This document shows, one piece after another, positions 44,801-56,500 of a stretch of DNA of 64,000 bases. The translations under genes and the position numbers were made by a program. This DNA comes from Naegleria gruberi (taxonomy: Eukaryota): assembly GCA_000004985.1 (NCBI GenBank), contig GG738857.1; one strand, given 5' to 3'. Under the pieces are notes generated by a model. The model was not told where the DNA came from and did no database searches. It saw nothing but the letters and a program-made list of their open reading frames with translations. The stretch's first letter is position 1, and the number at the start of each line of letters is the position of its first letter.

Positions 44801-46507
44801 TTGATTCACTTCAATATTCAAGTTATGAATGAACTTGGAGGCTGAAACACGATAGGCATTCTCTTCATGAATTTCAGACTTGGTAAATACCATATCATTC
44901 TCAAAGGAGACTTGAATATCACCTTCCAAACAGTTCAGGTCACCTTCTAAGAAGAATATCAGTTTGGTATATTCGCCAAATGGGTTATCACTAAGATAGT
45001 TACTGATTCGCTTTGATTTAGCAACATCATATTTTGTTAACATGACCTTATCGATGGTTTTTTTACAAAATTTGAAATCTTCCTTCTGTACAACCTTTTC
45101 CTCTTCATCATCAGATTGCTTTTGAACTTTCGTTGTTGACATTGTAAAGCTATTCAATAAATTATTGAAATCTGCTGCATAGCCATGGGTAAGATTTTGG
45201 AAAATTCCACTAGATTGATAATTTGTTTCATCATTGGTTTTCCAATCTCTGACTTGGATATTGAATGATTGTTTCAATTTTTCATAGGCCATGTCATCCT
45301 TCACATTTCTTGTATGCATCTCATCTACAATATTTGATAGTTTTTGATGTTTCTTTTCTGGTTGTTTGTTTTCCTCCTCATCAGCATTGGATTTTCTGTT
45401 TGTTCTCAATACAAAACCTCCAATAGTGGTCTTTCCTGATGAAGAAGTTGTTGTTGAGTTAGCTGATGTACTGTTATTGAGTGATCTCATTCCTAAATAC
45501 TTTCTTTGGGAGGAATCAGATAGCAAATCATTCAATTGACATTCCAATGCAACAAGTGGTGTTTGAGTGGTTGTAAGTGCAGAGTTTGCTTTTGCAGATT
45601 TCTTTGATTTACGACCACCACTTTCTTCCACATTATTTACAACTGCTTGATCCAATTCCTCAACATTTTCCATTCCTTTAAGGTTTAGAATATTTTCAAC
45701 ACAAAGTAAACTCTTTGCTTGCTCCACCGTAATGATATCAACAAGTTTTCCTTCAGAATTCAAGACGAAACAACCAACAGAGAGTGGAATCTTTTCAGTT
45801 TCCTTCTTTGATGAACCAGTCTTGGAAACTTGCATAGAAAAGTATCTACCCATTCCTCCCTGCAATAAGGCATTCCTATTTCTTAACATTTCGAATGAGA
45901 ATTTTACCGAGAGAGCCGATGAAGTCAAATTATATTCATCCATATCAACTATTTGATCATTATTATACGAAACTGACATTCTATTATTCGCATTCTTGGC
46001 ACTATTAATCCACAAGGAAGATGATGGAATAGTCACCAAACTGGGAGAATCCTTCTTTCCAATTCTTGACAAATTTCTCTTTTTAATATTTGCAGAGTTA
46101 CTAGGTTTCAATTCGTGTGGTGTTGTATCATAAACACCACTATTCGAACCATTTCCAGAACCATTCGATCTATTACTTCTAGCCGAAAGAGGAGACTTGG
46201 CCAATCTGAAACTCTTTCTATTCTGCTCACTTCCTGGTGAATTTGGAGGTGGCATTCGAATCCTCATTGAAGAGGCACCATTTGGTGATCTTGGCGAAAC
46301 AGGAGGAGAACCTACACTCTGATCATCCTGCACGGCTCGAATATTTGCTGTAGAAGTTGCCTGTGTTGTATGATGATGATTATTTGTTGCTGGTGATGAC
46401 TGATTGGAACTATTACTAGATCCCGAGGTTGATAAATTGTCATCCTCGTTTGTATCTTCTCGATTGTTTGGTTGTTTGTTGGAGGAGAGAGAGGCAGGTC
46501 TACTCAT
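41829..46507 (-). CDS. Large protein of about 1520 aa with a C-terminal C2 domain, 2 exons (46507-42159, 42110-41829). The Ser/Asn-rich N-terminus and the central region are of unknown family.
   Basis: A 48-nt intron (GTAAGT...TTCTAG, phase 2) joins ORF 42155-46507 to ORF 41832-42053, completing a C2 fold (KVQIVEARNLPVMD...NPRWNNETFTL|LNVSEIIQRHGLLFSVSDRD...IGFIFIP). Confidence 0.6.
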
Positions 46508-46710
46508 TGTTTTTGTTTTTTATGAAATGAATTGAATTTGCAGGAGTGAAGTTGAAATGGCGCCAAAAGTTTGATTTCATCAGACATCACGTGCTGGCAC
46601 TTCAGGTGATGAAGAAAGGTGAACTGTATTCATGAATAAGGGTTAATTTAAAAAAAAATGCAACCACATCACCTCCCACACCTTGATAGATTATTATTAA
46701 TTGAAAAAAA

Positions 46711-46939
46711 ATGGCCGATCACAAAATGGTCTGCAAATTGGGTTTGTGTTTTGAGATGCGAGATTTAAAATTATTTATTAAATGTGTGATGATTACAGGC
46801 TGATAGGAAATATGTGTTGGAAGCTGTTAAACAAAATGGGTTGGCACTTGAAAATGCCGATGAATCTGGAAGCTGTTAAACAAAATGGATTGGCAATTGA
46901 ATTTGCTGATTCATCATTAAAAAAGATAGAGAAATTGTA
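46711..46939 (+). pseudogene. Disrupted 5' region of DUF4116-kinase copy 1. The mini-exon 1 homologue is out of phase, a DUF4116 repeat unit is truncated, and a poly-A run carries a 1-nt deletion.
   Basis: Compared with copy 2 (59873 onward), this region shows three frame disruptions. The repeat-encoding frame switches from frame 2 to frame 0 and back to frame 2 around 46860 and 46905. Confidence 0.45.
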
Positions 46940-49699
46940 TTGGAATCTGTTAAACAAAATGGATATGCATTTAAATATGCCGATGAGTTATTGAAAAAAG
47001 ATGAAGAGTTTATATTGGAAGTTGTTAAACAAGATGGATTGGCAATTAAACATGCTGATTCATCATTACAAAAAGATAGAGAAATTGTATTGGAAGCTGT
47101 TAAACAAAATGTATATGCACTTAAATATGCAGATTCATCATTGAAAAAAGATAGAGAAATTATATTGAAATCTGTTAAGAAAAATGGATTGACACTTGAA
47201 TTTACTGATTCATCATTGAAGAAAGATAGAGAAATTGTATCGGAAGCTGTTAAACAACATGGATTGGCAATTGAGTTTGCTGATTCATCATTTAAAAAAG
47301 ATAGAGAAATTGTATTGGAAGCTGTTAAGCAAAATGTGTATGCAATTGAATTTGCTGATTCATCATTGAAGAAAGATAGACAATTTGTACTAGAAGCTGT
47401 TACGAAAAATGGATTAGTACTTGAATATGCTGATTCATCATTGAAGAAAGATAGAGAATTTGTATTAGAATCTGTTACGAAAAATGGATATGCATTTCAA
47501 TATGCTGTTTCATCATTTAAAAAAGATAGAGAAATTGTATTGGAAGCTGTTAAACAAAATGGAGCAGCGCTTAAATATGCTGATGAATCAGTTAAGGGAG
47601 ACAGAGAAATTGTATTGGAAGCTGTTAAACAAAATGGATTGGCATTTAAATATATTTATTCATCATTGAAAAAAAATAGAGAAATTATATTGGAAGCTGT
47701 TAAACAAAATGGATCAGCACTTAAACATGCTGATTCATTTTTGAAGAAAGATAGAGAAATTGTATCGGAAGCTGTTAAACAAAATGGATTGGCACTTCAG
47801 TTTGCTGATTCATCATTTAAAAAAGATAGAGAAATTGTATTGGAATCTGTTAAAAAAAATGGATCAGCACTTGAATATGCTGATTCATCATTTAAAAAAG
47901 ATAGAGAATTTATTTATTTGCTATTTAAATTGAACAAAGAAAATGCAAGAAACTTCTCACCATCTATATCCAAAACCATTGAAGAATGCTTAAATATTCA
48001 GAGAAAGCTGTCAAGCAATATAACTGAACAATACTCCAAAATATTTATGGATGAAAAGGATTTATATTATGCTATTGAATTAACAAGTCTCTTTAATCCA
48101 ACACCAAAAGGTACAATATTCAATTTCAATTCTATCTATACACCAATATTTATTGAAAAATTGATTATTTTTCAAATATTGAAACAAATGAACCATTCAG
48201 AATTGTCTAATGATATTATTGCTCTTATTGATTTACAAAGTACCAAAGCTAACTATTATTTATATTGTTTCAGATTGGACAAATTTCTTGAAGATAATCC
48301 CTGTCAATCAACAAGAATGAAAGATTTGAAGAATATTGTGGAACAAGTTGCAACAAACTTTGAAACGTCATTTTATACAAAACAGGAAATTAATGAAATT
48401 ATGATTTTTGCCAACAAGTGGTTTGAAAATGAGCAAACATTTGAAAATTACAAACAAATAATTTGTAAATATAATGAGCTGAGAGGAGATTTATCAAAAG
48501 TATTCAAATCTCTTAATTATTTCTATAATTATTTCAAAAATGATTATGATTTCATTTCAGTATTAGGATATGGAGGTGAAGGTGTTGCATTCAAAGTATT
48601 TCATAAAAGTAGTAAATCATTAAGGGCTTTAAAATTGAAATATGACCCAGAGGAATCTGAAGAATCAACAAAAGAAACCATTAATTTATTGAAAAGAACA
48701 GACATTGAAGGAAAGATCAAATGTTTTGATTGTGAAATTATTCAAAATCATTTATATTCAGTGATGGAACTTGGAGAGGAATCATTATCAAATTACATTT
48801 CAAGAAATAATGAAAGTGAAATTTATAGAAATGGATTCATTATTAAGGAAAAACTAATTGAAATTCTTGATATATTTATCAAAGTATTGAACTCAGTTCA
48901 ATCAATTCATGATCACAATATTTTACACAGAGATTTAGATCCTCAAAATATTGTCAAAGTTCAAGATTTATACAAAATTATTGATTTTGAAACATCAAGA
49001 GTGATCAAGACAGGTAATTCAATTACAATTGCTCGTGGAAAGTTTGCATACATGTCTCCTGAAGTTTCACATGATAATTATTCTGATGATTTATTGAAAA
49101 GTGGTAATGATGAAAAGCTTGCTCACAATGTTGGACAAATTACCATTTCATGTGATATATTTTCATTGGGATGTATTTTGTTGAAATTATTAACCAATTG
49201 TCCTTTGCAACTATGTTCAACATTTCTGAATGATTCAGATGTCTCTAAATATAATGATAATTACTTGTATTTTAGTGGACATGGAAAATATTTCTATACA
49301 GTTGTGACAACAACAGAGGGAGAAATGAAATTACATTATGCAATTGAAAAACTAATCAATGAAACAATTAATCCAGATTTAGGAGTGAATAACATATTGA
49401 TTAGAAGCATTATTAGCATGATTCAAAGAGATTCATCAAAAAGATTGGATTGTTATTCTCACAAGTTAACAATTGAGAATATTTTGAAATTTTTGAAAGG
49501 AGAAATCAAAGATATCACTTTCAATATTGAAAAACAAGTTGGAGAATTGAAGAAAATATCACCATTAAGAAGTTACTCTCAACTTGTAGAGGAAAATACC
49601 AAACTATTAGAAAGAATTAAATTATTGGAAGAGAACTCTTTATTGGAACGAATTAAAATGTTGGAAGAGGAAATAATAAATCTAAAAACAGACCAATAA
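46940..49699 (+). CDS. DUF4116-repeat protein with a C-terminal atypical protein kinase domain, copy 1. The long ORF is intact from the TTG at 46940, but no in-frame upstream ATG is available.
   Basis: About 11 tandem 29-aa DUF4116-type repeats (LEAVKQNGLALxYADSSLKKDREIV). The kinase part has GYGGEGVAFKV, HRDLDPQNIV, DFETSR and YMSPEV, followed by a C-terminal coiled coil. Confidence 0.6.
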   Translation: MESVKQNGYAFKYADELLKKDEEFILEVVKQDGLAIKHADSSLQKDREIVLEAVKQNVYALKYADSSLKKDREIILKSVKKNGLTLEFTDSSLKKDREIVSEAVKQHGLAIEFADSSFKKDREIVLEAVKQNVYAIEFADSSLKKDRQFVLEAVTKNGLVLEYADSSLKKDREFVLESVTKNGYAFQYAVSSFKKDREIVLEAVKQNGAALKYADESVKGDREIVLEAVKQNGLAFKYIYSSLKKNREIILEAVKQNGSALKHADSFLKKDREIVSEAVKQNGLALQFADSSFKKDREIVLESVKKNGSALEYADSSFKKDREFIYLLFKLNKENARNFSPSISKTIEECLNIQRKLSSNITEQYSKIFMDEKDLYYAIELTSLFNPTPKGTIFNFNSIYTPIFIEKLIIFQILKQMNHSELSNDIIALIDLQSTKANYYLYCFRLDKFLEDNPCQSTRMKDLKNIVEQVATNFETSFYTKQEINEIMIFANKWFENEQTFENYKQIICKYNELRGDLSKVFKSLNYFYNYFKNDYDFISVLGYGGEGVAFKVFHKSSKSLRALKLKYDPEESEESTKETINLLKRTDIEGKIKCFDCEIIQNHLYSVMELGEESLSNYISRNNESEIYRNGFIIKEKLIEILDIFIKVLNSVQSIHDHNILHRDLDPQNIVKVQDLYKIIDFETSRVIKTGNSITIARGKFAYMSPEVSHDNYSDDLLKSGNDEKLAHNVGQITISCDIFSLGCILLKLLTNCPLQLCSTFLNDSDVSKYNDNYLYFSGHGKYFYTVVTTTEGEMKLHYAIEKLINETINPDLGVNNILIRSIISMIQRDSSKRLDCYSHKLTIENILKFLKGEIKDITFNIEKQVGELKKISPLRSYSQLVEENTKLLERIKLLEENSLLERIKMLEEEIINLKTDQ

Positions 49700-50392
49700 G
49701 TGATAAATATTAAAAAACGAAAGTAAATGCAAGAGAGTTTCCCACACATTCATACTTCTTGCTAGAGATGCTTCCAAAAAGCCCAATTTTATCCTAAACC
49801 ATAAATCTGTGAAATTCTCTGAAAATTTACAAAATTTATTACATTCATTTTTCACAGATTGATTGGTGGCATGTCCAACTAGGTGTCTCTTCCTTCATTT
49901 CTTCCCCGTTACGTTGCACGGATTGAGGGGGGTTCTGGTCAACCTTACTTAAGAAAATGATCAACCAAATACTAAACAAAACCAAACACATAAACAAAAT
50001 TATTCGTCCGTTGCTTGCAGATACCAAACTACAACGTAAGCTAATTTGGTGGATCTGTTGGGAGAGATTCGGCATTAGGTGTTCCATTGAAGCTATGCTG
50101 GTAGATCCTTGTAAAAGGAGAGTTGGCATGTCATCATTTTAAGGTTTAGTTTTGTTTCTTCTTGAAAATATTCGAAAGATATGAGGTGTTGTGGATCTAG
50201 GTCTGGTCATAACTTGATGTTTTTTGAGTTTGCCGCTCAATCCTAATTAAGTAGCTTGTCAGTAATCAACTTTAAAAAAAAATATCAAAAACAAAACGCG
50301 AGTTTTCGTCATCCATTTATCAATTCTGAATACTAGTAGCCTTCTTCAAAGCCTTTAATTTTTTTCCAACTACAAAATAGTCAAACTGCCAA

Positions 50393-51865
50393 ATGCCAAG
50401 TTTCATCAAGAGATTATCGTTACGAAATTCATTTCAACAACGTCAATCCATTCACCAAGATCGTAGAAGAACGATCCGAGCCATTCCCTTCTTTCAAGAT
50501 TTTAAAATTGCCATCATTGGAGATGAATGTGTTGGAAAATCGAATATTGCAATGAGATGTGCTGGAAAGGAGACGTTTGTGCCAGAACATGAACCAACGA
50601 TTGAAGATGAGTATAATTGTAAGGTACAGTTTATGTTTAGGTTGCCAGCACCTTTGGTGGAAGAAATAGTTTCGAATGGTGGTGAAGGAGATTCGAATGA
50701 ATTAATGAGAAGTAATCCCAAAGGTGATATTTATGGATATAAACAATTGGCACATGATTTGGAATTAATACCAATGGAATTGAGAAATTATATGAAATTG
50801 GATAATACTTTGCTATCAATTATTCAACAAAAAAGAGAAAAGGAAGAGGAAATGAAAAAAGCACTTGAGGAGAAACAAAAGAAAATGTTTAGTTTATTCA
50901 AGAAGAAATCAACAACGAGTGATTCTCCACAAAAATCTTCTCATGAGCATGCTGGAAATAATCAATCAGGAGAGGATGGAGATTTTGGAAGAGTAATCAC
51001 TGAGGAAGAGGACATTGATGATTATGTGGATGAATTACTTTCGGATGTGGTTTATAATTTCGAGCAGGACATTATTTGTAGAGTGACCATTGTGGATACG
51101 AGTGGGAGATCGGAAGTGAGAAAGGAAGCAACTGATTTGTCTTCAGTGGATGGATACATGTTGGTTTTTGATATGAATAATAAGGCATCATTTGCCAAGA
51201 TTCAGAATTATATTGATGAGTGTAAATTTGCCTACTATGAAAATCCTGCAAGGAAACATTCGGATGCAGCTGCTTCACACAGTTCGAGTAGTGCTCGATT
51301 GTCCTCTGCAAGTAATAATAGTTCAGCAACAATGAATTCAACCTCCTCAGCAAGTGCTGCCTCTTCCAATGTAAATAGTTCTAAACCATCGACAATTGAT
51401 AATCCTCCAATGGTCCTTATAATGAGTAAATGCGATCAGAAACCATCAGCCCTCAAGACCATTAATGCAGAGTATGGCTATGCTCTTGGAGATACTCATC
51501 ATTTTCCATTCTTTGTCACTAGTGCATGTGAAAATTTGAATATCCAAGAAGCATTAGAAGGTCTCCTGAGTGAAATTATCAAGAAGAACATTGAGGAAGG
51601 AGTTTACGAAACTCAAAACAAATCAATGCCAACACCACTACCATCTGCTGATGAAACTTTAAGCAAGACCAATAGTAGAAACTTTAAATTTGAGAATCAA
51701 AATATCAGTATCAGTAGCAATGCCAGTGATTACACTCCTGAATTGTTAACGTTCAGTGTTGGAAATGGAGTTGTTCCACAGAGTCCTCCTGAGAAGAAGA
51801 TTGTTCGTCAGAGTGTCTCTGCAACTCTGAGAAAGTATGTCGTTCAACAATTTAAAAAGAAATAA
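50393..51865 (+). CDS. Highly divergent Ras-like GTPase of 490 aa with two large insertions and non-canonical catalytic residues
   Basis: KIAIIGDECVGKSNIAMRCAGKETFVPEHEPTIEDEYNCKVQF aligns with Ras residues 5-45. A roughly 150-aa insertion follows. Then CRVTIVDTSGRSE (DTAGQ replaced by DTSGR), a roughly 60-aa Ser-rich insertion, PMVLIMSKCDQ (NKCD replaced by SKCD) and TSAC. Confidence 0.6.
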   Translation: MPSFIKRLSLRNSFQQRQSIHQDRRRTIRAIPFFQDFKIAIIGDECVGKSNIAMRCAGKETFVPEHEPTIEDEYNCKVQFMFRLPAPLVEEIVSNGGEGDSNELMRSNPKGDIYGYKQLAHDLELIPMELRNYMKLDNTLLSIIQQKREKEEEMKKALEEKQKKMFSLFKKKSTTSDSPQKSSHEHAGNNQSGEDGDFGRVITEEEDIDDYVDELLSDVVYNFEQDIICRVTIVDTSGRSEVRKEATDLSSVDGYMLVFDMNNKASFAKIQNYIDECKFAYYENPARKHSDAAASHSSSSARLSSASNNSSATMNSTSSASAASSNVNSSKPSTIDNPPMVLIMSKCDQKPSALKTINAEYGYALGDTHHFPFFVTSACENLNIQEALEGLLSEIIKKNIEEGVYETQNKSMPTPLPSADETLSKTNSRNFKFENQNISISSNASDYTPELLTFSVGNGVVPQSPPEKKIVRQSVSATLRKYVVQQFKKK

Positions 51866-51913
51866 ATGAATCTCTTATAATATTCCTTTTGTAACATTGT
51901 TAGAGTTTTACAT

Positions 51914-53080
51914 TTAATTTGTACAATTTTGATTAAGCTGTATGGATTCTAATCTAGCCAACGTAGCTCTGTGATTCTCTCTACGTGTGCGTTTCCATTT
52001 GGACTCAAATGAAACCTTAGAGAGCAGGAAAACAAACATTAAGAAATATGCCAAGCAACAACAAATGAACGAAGTTATTGAAGGCAGGAGGGCTTGTGTC
52101 TTATGGCTAATTTCATAATAATTGGATAGATCAGTAGCGACTGGCTGAATATATAATTTAAATAAGCTCAGAAAAACCATGGTAAGGCAAGTGTAGCTAT
52201 AATAGTATAACAATACAGAGTCTAAAATAACCACAGAGAATGCAATTAACAATGCTAATACCCACAGTGATCGTTTGTGATCTATGAATAATAATCTTTC
52301 CTCTTCACTTCCTTTAATCAATTCTTGGATTTTCTTTTCTTCCAACTCTTTCAATTCTTCTTCCAAATTAGTATTGGATTCAACCTTGGTGACACTCGAA
52401 ATCACTATTTCCTCTTCTAAAGCTGCTTGTTTCAATTCATTATTAATTGAATTTAACACTGGTGGCACAACGGCAATATCCTCAACTGCCAGTGTATCTT
52501 GTAATATTGGTTGAGTACTTGTCGAAGGAGTTTGTAGTGCTCTGGCTGGTGTATCAATATTAGGAGTAGAGAAGAGTGACAGAATCTCTGATTGCTGAGC
52601 TGAATTGGGTACAATTGGTGTTGTGGAACCTCTCTTCACTTCCACATAATCCAACTCATCATCGACATCAACAAGAGACGAAGCCATTGGAGGAAGAACT
52701 GAAGTACTAAATCTATTAGGAGTTCTCATGAGTGCCTCATCAGAAATAGGTCTTTCCTCAGCAAAGGAACAAACCCTTCGTGAAGATGAATTTTTAAAGG
52801 TTCTTTCTTCTGGTTGTCTGTGTTGTGTTGGTGTTGCTTGTTGTTCTTCTTGTTCTATTGGTGTTGTTGTTGTTGGTGACGAAGATGGTGATGAATTGTG
52901 CAATTCCTTCTTGACTACTTTGATTTGCATAGAAGTTGGTGATTTCAAGTTGTAATCCTCTAATAATGAACGAAAATCATTGCCAGTCACTGGAGATGAT
53001 ACTTCATCTGTTTCTTCTTCAGTAGCAACAACAGCCTTTCTATTCTTATTCAAAGGAGTGAGGTTCAATTTTCTTTCCAT
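51914..53080 (-). CDS. Hypothetical protein with an acidic/Ser-rich N-terminal region and a C-terminal multi-TM region
   Basis: Intact 388-aa ORF. Hydrophobic segments WVLALLIAFSVVILDSVLLYY and ITSFICCCLAYFLMFVFLL. Confidence 0.5.
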   Translation of the reverse strand: MERKLNLTPLNKNRKAVVATEEETDEVSSPVTGNDFRSLLEDYNLKSPTSMQIKVVKKELHNSSPSSSPTTTTPIEQEEQQATPTQHRQPEERTFKNSSSRRVCSFAEERPISDEALMRTPNRFSTSVLPPMASSLVDVDDELDYVEVKRGSTTPIVPNSAQQSEILSLFSTPNIDTPARALQTPSTSTQPILQDTLAVEDIAVVPPVLNSINNELKQAALEEEIVISSVTKVESNTNLEEELKELEEKKIQELIKGSEEERLLFIDHKRSLWVLALLIAFSVVILDSVLLYYYSYTCLTMVFLSLFKLYIQPVATDLSNYYEISHKTQALLPSITSFICCCLAYFLMFVFLLSKVSFESKWKRTRRENHRATLARLESIQLNQNCTN

Positions 53081-53513
53081 CTTCTTGAATAATTAATGAT
53101 GATGATGAATATTAACCGATCGGGTGATGATGATAATTATCTTTCACGTTGATAATGAAGGTAATGAAGACTTGATAAATTAACAAAACTTGTTCTAGTG
53201 CCTACACGAACTCGAATAATAATACAAAGCCTTTTTCTTCTTAGAATTTTAGCAGCCTTTGCTGTTGTTTTTTTCGAATGATGAATTCAAAGCAAATTTT
53301 GGCGGTTTCACGTTTAACGCATTTTTTATGAAGCACAAGAAAAATTGTTTCCTTCTAAAATTTATGATGAAGACGAAACACCACGTGTTTGATACGATTA
53401 CAATATGAAAATAAGCTTTTTGATATAATACTTTTGAAAAGTTATTAAGTTGATATTTAAATATTAAATATTGAATATTGAATAATTAAAATCGGAAGAA
53501 GAAAAACAAAAAA

Positions 53514-56500
53514 ATGACAAAACTTGTTTCTTGCCTTGCCACGGCCATCAAACTCGGAGTGGTGAGCACGTTTGTGTGCTCTTTTGTTTTGTTTCATATT
53601 TATTTCTTTTTGGAGAGATCTCCACCAGCTAATACAAAGCATTTTGATGATATGAATACTAATCCTTTAAATTTTGCTGATTTGAATTTATTTTCCATTC
53701 ATGATGAGAGTAGTATTGTGAAGGAAGGTTCATCGTCATCACCCGGAAAGAATAGAAGAAGACTTGTTCAACCAAAGAGCTTGAGAAAAATTGCTCTTGA
53801 TGAAATCGGAACTGTAAATTCAACCAAAGTTGTGAATGATGGTATGTAATATTTGTACAATAATTTTCAATTAATAATTAATAATTAACAATAATATAAT
53901 ATACAATGCAATATTCATCAATGAATAACAATAATTTTGGAATACTTGGAAAAATCTTCATCATGTGGATTAACAACAGATGACGAAAAAACATATTATA
54001 CTATTTTCCAAATTCATGGAACTCCTGGATCTAGACGATGGAGGTATCCAGTTGATCATCACTTTGTGAGGACTTTCGGAGGAGACAAAAAGTTGAGAAT
54101 TCTCAGTCTTGATAGACCTGGTATTGGTCAATCTACTCCAATAATATCTAGTATTGACTCGGAAGGTAATCCTGTCTATAATTTGGAACCTTTCAATGTG
54201 GATTATTATGAAGCTAGTGCTTTGGACCTTTTATATGTTGTGAGAAAGTTGAGATTAAAGCACTTTTCACTCTTTGCTTATTCTCAAGGTGCTGCTCATG
54301 CTACAATGCTTTCACACTATTTGGAACAATTAAAGAAGAGAGAACGTGGTGAAAAGGTAACTCATGCTCACTTGAAGAGCACTGAAAGATTCCACAATGA
54401 CTTGATGACCAAGATTTTATTGTCAAAGGATTCCGAAAAGTATTGGACTTTTGAAAATGGAGTTTCAAACTATACATCATCTACTGAATGGTCATGGAAA
54501 GATGTTACCATCGACAGAGTTGTCTTGATGGCACCACAAGGTTTCTATTCAGAAAAGGTCAGACAAGCTCTCTTGAAAGAGCAAGACATGACCATTCCTG
54601 AGCACAAGAGATGGTCTTCAAACCTTCATCAAATTTATTCTTTCCACAATTATCAACCACCACTCGGAACTAATATTGTTCATGCTGTATACAAGATGGT
54701 TTCACAATTGGGATTTATCACTAATATCAAATATTGGGAAGAAAATATGAAATTCATGCTTGATCCTTTGGGAAGAGATTCATTCATTTTCCATGATGAA
54801 GCTACTGGATGGAAGAAGGCTTTTAACAATACCATGATTGATACCTACAGATTTACTACCATGACTTTCCTTGTAGAAGTTTATAATAGTTATTATTTCA
54901 CTGAAAATTATGGACCTAACTTTGATATTTCCTTGAAGAATATTCCAACATGGATTTTGAAAGCTGAGGATGATATTCTTGTTCCAATTGAAGCTTTTAA
55001 TACCTTTGTTGAAAAGGTTTGCACCAATAAGGAAACTTGTAATGTCACTGTTGCTTCCAACACTACCCATTTCCAAATTTTCAAGAATTATTACACACAA
55101 TCTATTCAACACCTTGTGAAGGGAGTTTTTGGAGAAAGTGTCAGCCTTAGAAAGCCAAGAAGAAAGATTATTGTTATTGGTAGTGGTCTTGCTGGCTTGA
55201 CAGCTACTCTCGAATCTGCCTACACCTACGATCAAGATGTCGTTCTCATTGAAAAGGAACCTAGACTTGGAGGAAACAGTGCCAAGGCAACCAGTGGTAT
55301 GAATGCTATCCAAACAACAACACAAAGAAACGTTCTCGTCTTTGATTCATATACTCACTTTTGGAATGATACTATCAAGTCTTTCACAGGAGGAAAGGTC
55401 TTGTCTACCCTCAAGGAAGCTAGAAGAATCATTAGAAATCCAAAGAATAAGAAGAAGGTTGAAGGAGAGGAAAATTTAATTACAGAAAATTCTTGGAGAA
55501 TTTTGGAAACTCTTGTCAAGGATTCCAAGCCAGCCCTCCAATTCTTACAATCATTTGATGTGAAAATGGATGTTGTTTCCCAATGTGGAGGCCACTCAAA
55601 GCCAAGAACTCACAGAAGCATTAACAAGAGTGACAAACCAATTAACATTGGAAGTGATATTATTTCCAAGCTCTCTGCTTTTATTAGAGAAAAATTGGCT
55701 GAGCGTGTTGTCATCAAGACTGAACATCATGCCATTCAATTAATTTCTGAAGAAAATGATCTTGGAGAAACCATTGTCAAGGGTGTCAAGGTTTTGAACA
55801 TTAAGGAAAATACTACTGAAACAATTATGGGAGATTCTATCATTTTGGCAGCTGGTGGTTATGGTCAAGATAGAGATGGTTATTTGAAGCAATTCGCTCC
55901 ACACTCTGTCAATTTACCATCAACTAATGGTTTGTGGGCAACAGGTGATGGTATAAAGATGGCTGTCAGAGATGTAAACGCATCCTTGATTGATATGGGA
56001 GAAATTCAAATTCACCCTACTGCCTTTGTTGATCCAGCCAATCCTACTGCAATGACATTAATTCTCGCTCCAGAATCATTGAGAGGTTATGGTGCTATTA
56101 TTGTCAATCAAGAGGGTAAGAGATTTGTCAATGAATTGGGTACAAGAGATGAAGTCAGTGATGCCATCTTTGAAAATTGTGGAAGGAAGGAAATTATCCT
56201 CACGTTACTGCCTACATGATTATGAATGAATTTGTTATGAAATCATTTGGTGAAAGCTTGACCTCCTTCTATGCCAAGAAGGGTCTCATTCGTAAATATG
56301 AAAACTTTGAAGATTTGTGTCAAAAGGAAGAATTGAACATGTCTGCCAACTTTTGTGCCAACCTCGAAGATACCATTATTGATTATGATTATTCAGTCGA
56401 TTATAGAAGATCAGATCCTAACTATAAGGATTCATTTGGAAAGACAGTTTTCCCATCTAAATTCAATTTGGAAAAGAGTAAGGAAACTACTCCATTCTTT

